A DNA stretch of 64,000 nt from Antedon mediterranea (taxonomy: Eukaryota > Animalia > Echinodermata), in assembly GCF_964355755.1 (NCBI RefSeq), contig NC_092676.1:8533888-8597887 (forward strand). The letters run 5' to 3'. A model generated the notes under the pieces. That model was not told the DNA's origin, searched no databases, and worked only from the letters and a program-made list of their open reading frames with translations. Position numbers and translations under genes: made by a program. Positions 62,881-64,000 of the stretch are shown piece after piece (the first letter of the stretch is position 1; the number at the start of each line of letters is the position of its first letter).

Positions 62881-63624
62881 TACTCCTTCTTCGTTCTTTT
62901 TCGTTATCCGCAATCTCTATTCCTCCATACCTTATCTCTCTTCCTTCACTCCTTATCACTATTCATCCCTTCCCATATCTTTATTCTTCCCTCTCACTAT
63001 CTCTATCCCAGCTTCCCAAGATTTGTATCCTTGTATTTTCTGCATCTGAAAATAAAGAAATTATATAAAAAATTGTAGAAGATCACAATACTGTATTACT
63101 TTAATATTATGATGAAAATATTTATCAATACAGTATATTCAATAATATTTTAAAACAAATATTTTATCCTAATTGGCTATATGATAAATGTATTATTAAA
63201 ATAAGTAAATTATTTATACTATTGCATTCAAGGTCAGTATACAGTATATTTATAGCAAGAAGCTAATTTGTTGTATGTGAACTGTAGCCTGTGACAAGTA
63301 TTCATTAAATCTGCTTTAGTGATATTAATTTGATATCAAGATAAATCTATTCCAATCACGCCTCAGCCTTCATTTCCATTGGTCACAATTTCTATTATAA
63401 TGAAACTGAATAATTTTAAATTTAATCTAAAAAATAGCCTCCAGTTGAGTCAAAACAATAAATTATTTTCATTTATTTGTCTCATTCATTTATATTTACA
63501 ACAATAATTTTTTTTAATATTAGTTATTAATTTTGTTGCAATTTAGTCTGGTTATGTCTGACTAAATTTATTGGTGAATCTTATGTCTTAATATTACAAA
63601 TTATTTAAATGTATAGTACTTTAA

Positions 63625-63923
63625 AGATGTAATGTCCCCTGAAAAAATCCTTCTTAACTATTTTGTTTTGATTATGCCGTTTTATTGCCATATAATATTT
63701 ATCCACTTTGACCAAAAATTGGATCCAAACAAAAAATGTTTCAAAAAACTGTAGTTTCAAGCAAAAAATAATCAAATTTGCTGCCTGGTTTAATTTAACC
63801 ATTCATTTTGTCATTTTTCTACAGAAATGAATACATTTATTAAAACTATAAAATAACCTATCCAAAGTCTGATTTAATTACCGGTAATCTTCATTTTTCA
63901 TGATTTTTGGAGGAAATATATCT
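63625..63923. mobile_element. Kolobok-like MITE (family A), diverged
   Basis: TTAA-AGATGTAATGTCCCC start; body aligns to 421-764. Confidence 0.65.
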
Positions 63924-64000
63924 TGTCACTTGGAAGTAAGGGCCTGTTTCTGCTGCAACTGCTCAAAATACGGTATAAAAATACGGTATAAAATACGGTA

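Noticed and set aside
61831-63078. 415-aa hydrophobic ORF
   Set aside because: Translation of a stop-poor pyrimidine minisatellite; no domain features

Overview
AT-rich animal (eukaryotic) genomic DNA, probably a marine invertebrate; the taxon cannot be fixed from sequence alone. There are two host genes, arranged head-to-head. (1) A complete Shaker/Kv1 voltage-gated K+ channel with an intronless coding region on the minus strand (first ATG 24034, stop 22460; probable 5'-UTR intron 24169-24451). (2) The first three coding exons of a secreted or cell-surface EGF-repeat protein on the plus strand (signal-peptide exon 26655-26706, phase-1 EGF exons 38400-38531 and 59012-59128), continuing beyond the window. 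Intron 2 of the EGF gene holds a full-length, apparently young Ty3/Gypsy LTR retrotransposon (44085-49080) with open gag and pol frames, a tRNA-Trp PBS, a -1 frameshift signal and non-canonical AA LTR ends. The rest is a dense repeat landscape: a truncated CR1/L2-group LINE with TSD; tRNA-derived CORE- and Deu/Nin-domain SINEs; a chimeric 5S rRNA+tRNA-headed Deu-domain SINE in two inverted copies bracketing intron 2; Kolobok, hAT, Harbinger and Tc1/mariner-type MITEs; MITE-seeded minisatellites; and many tiny transposon excision footprints. No CRISPR or prokaryotic system is present. Family assignments rest on recalled consensus features, not database searches.
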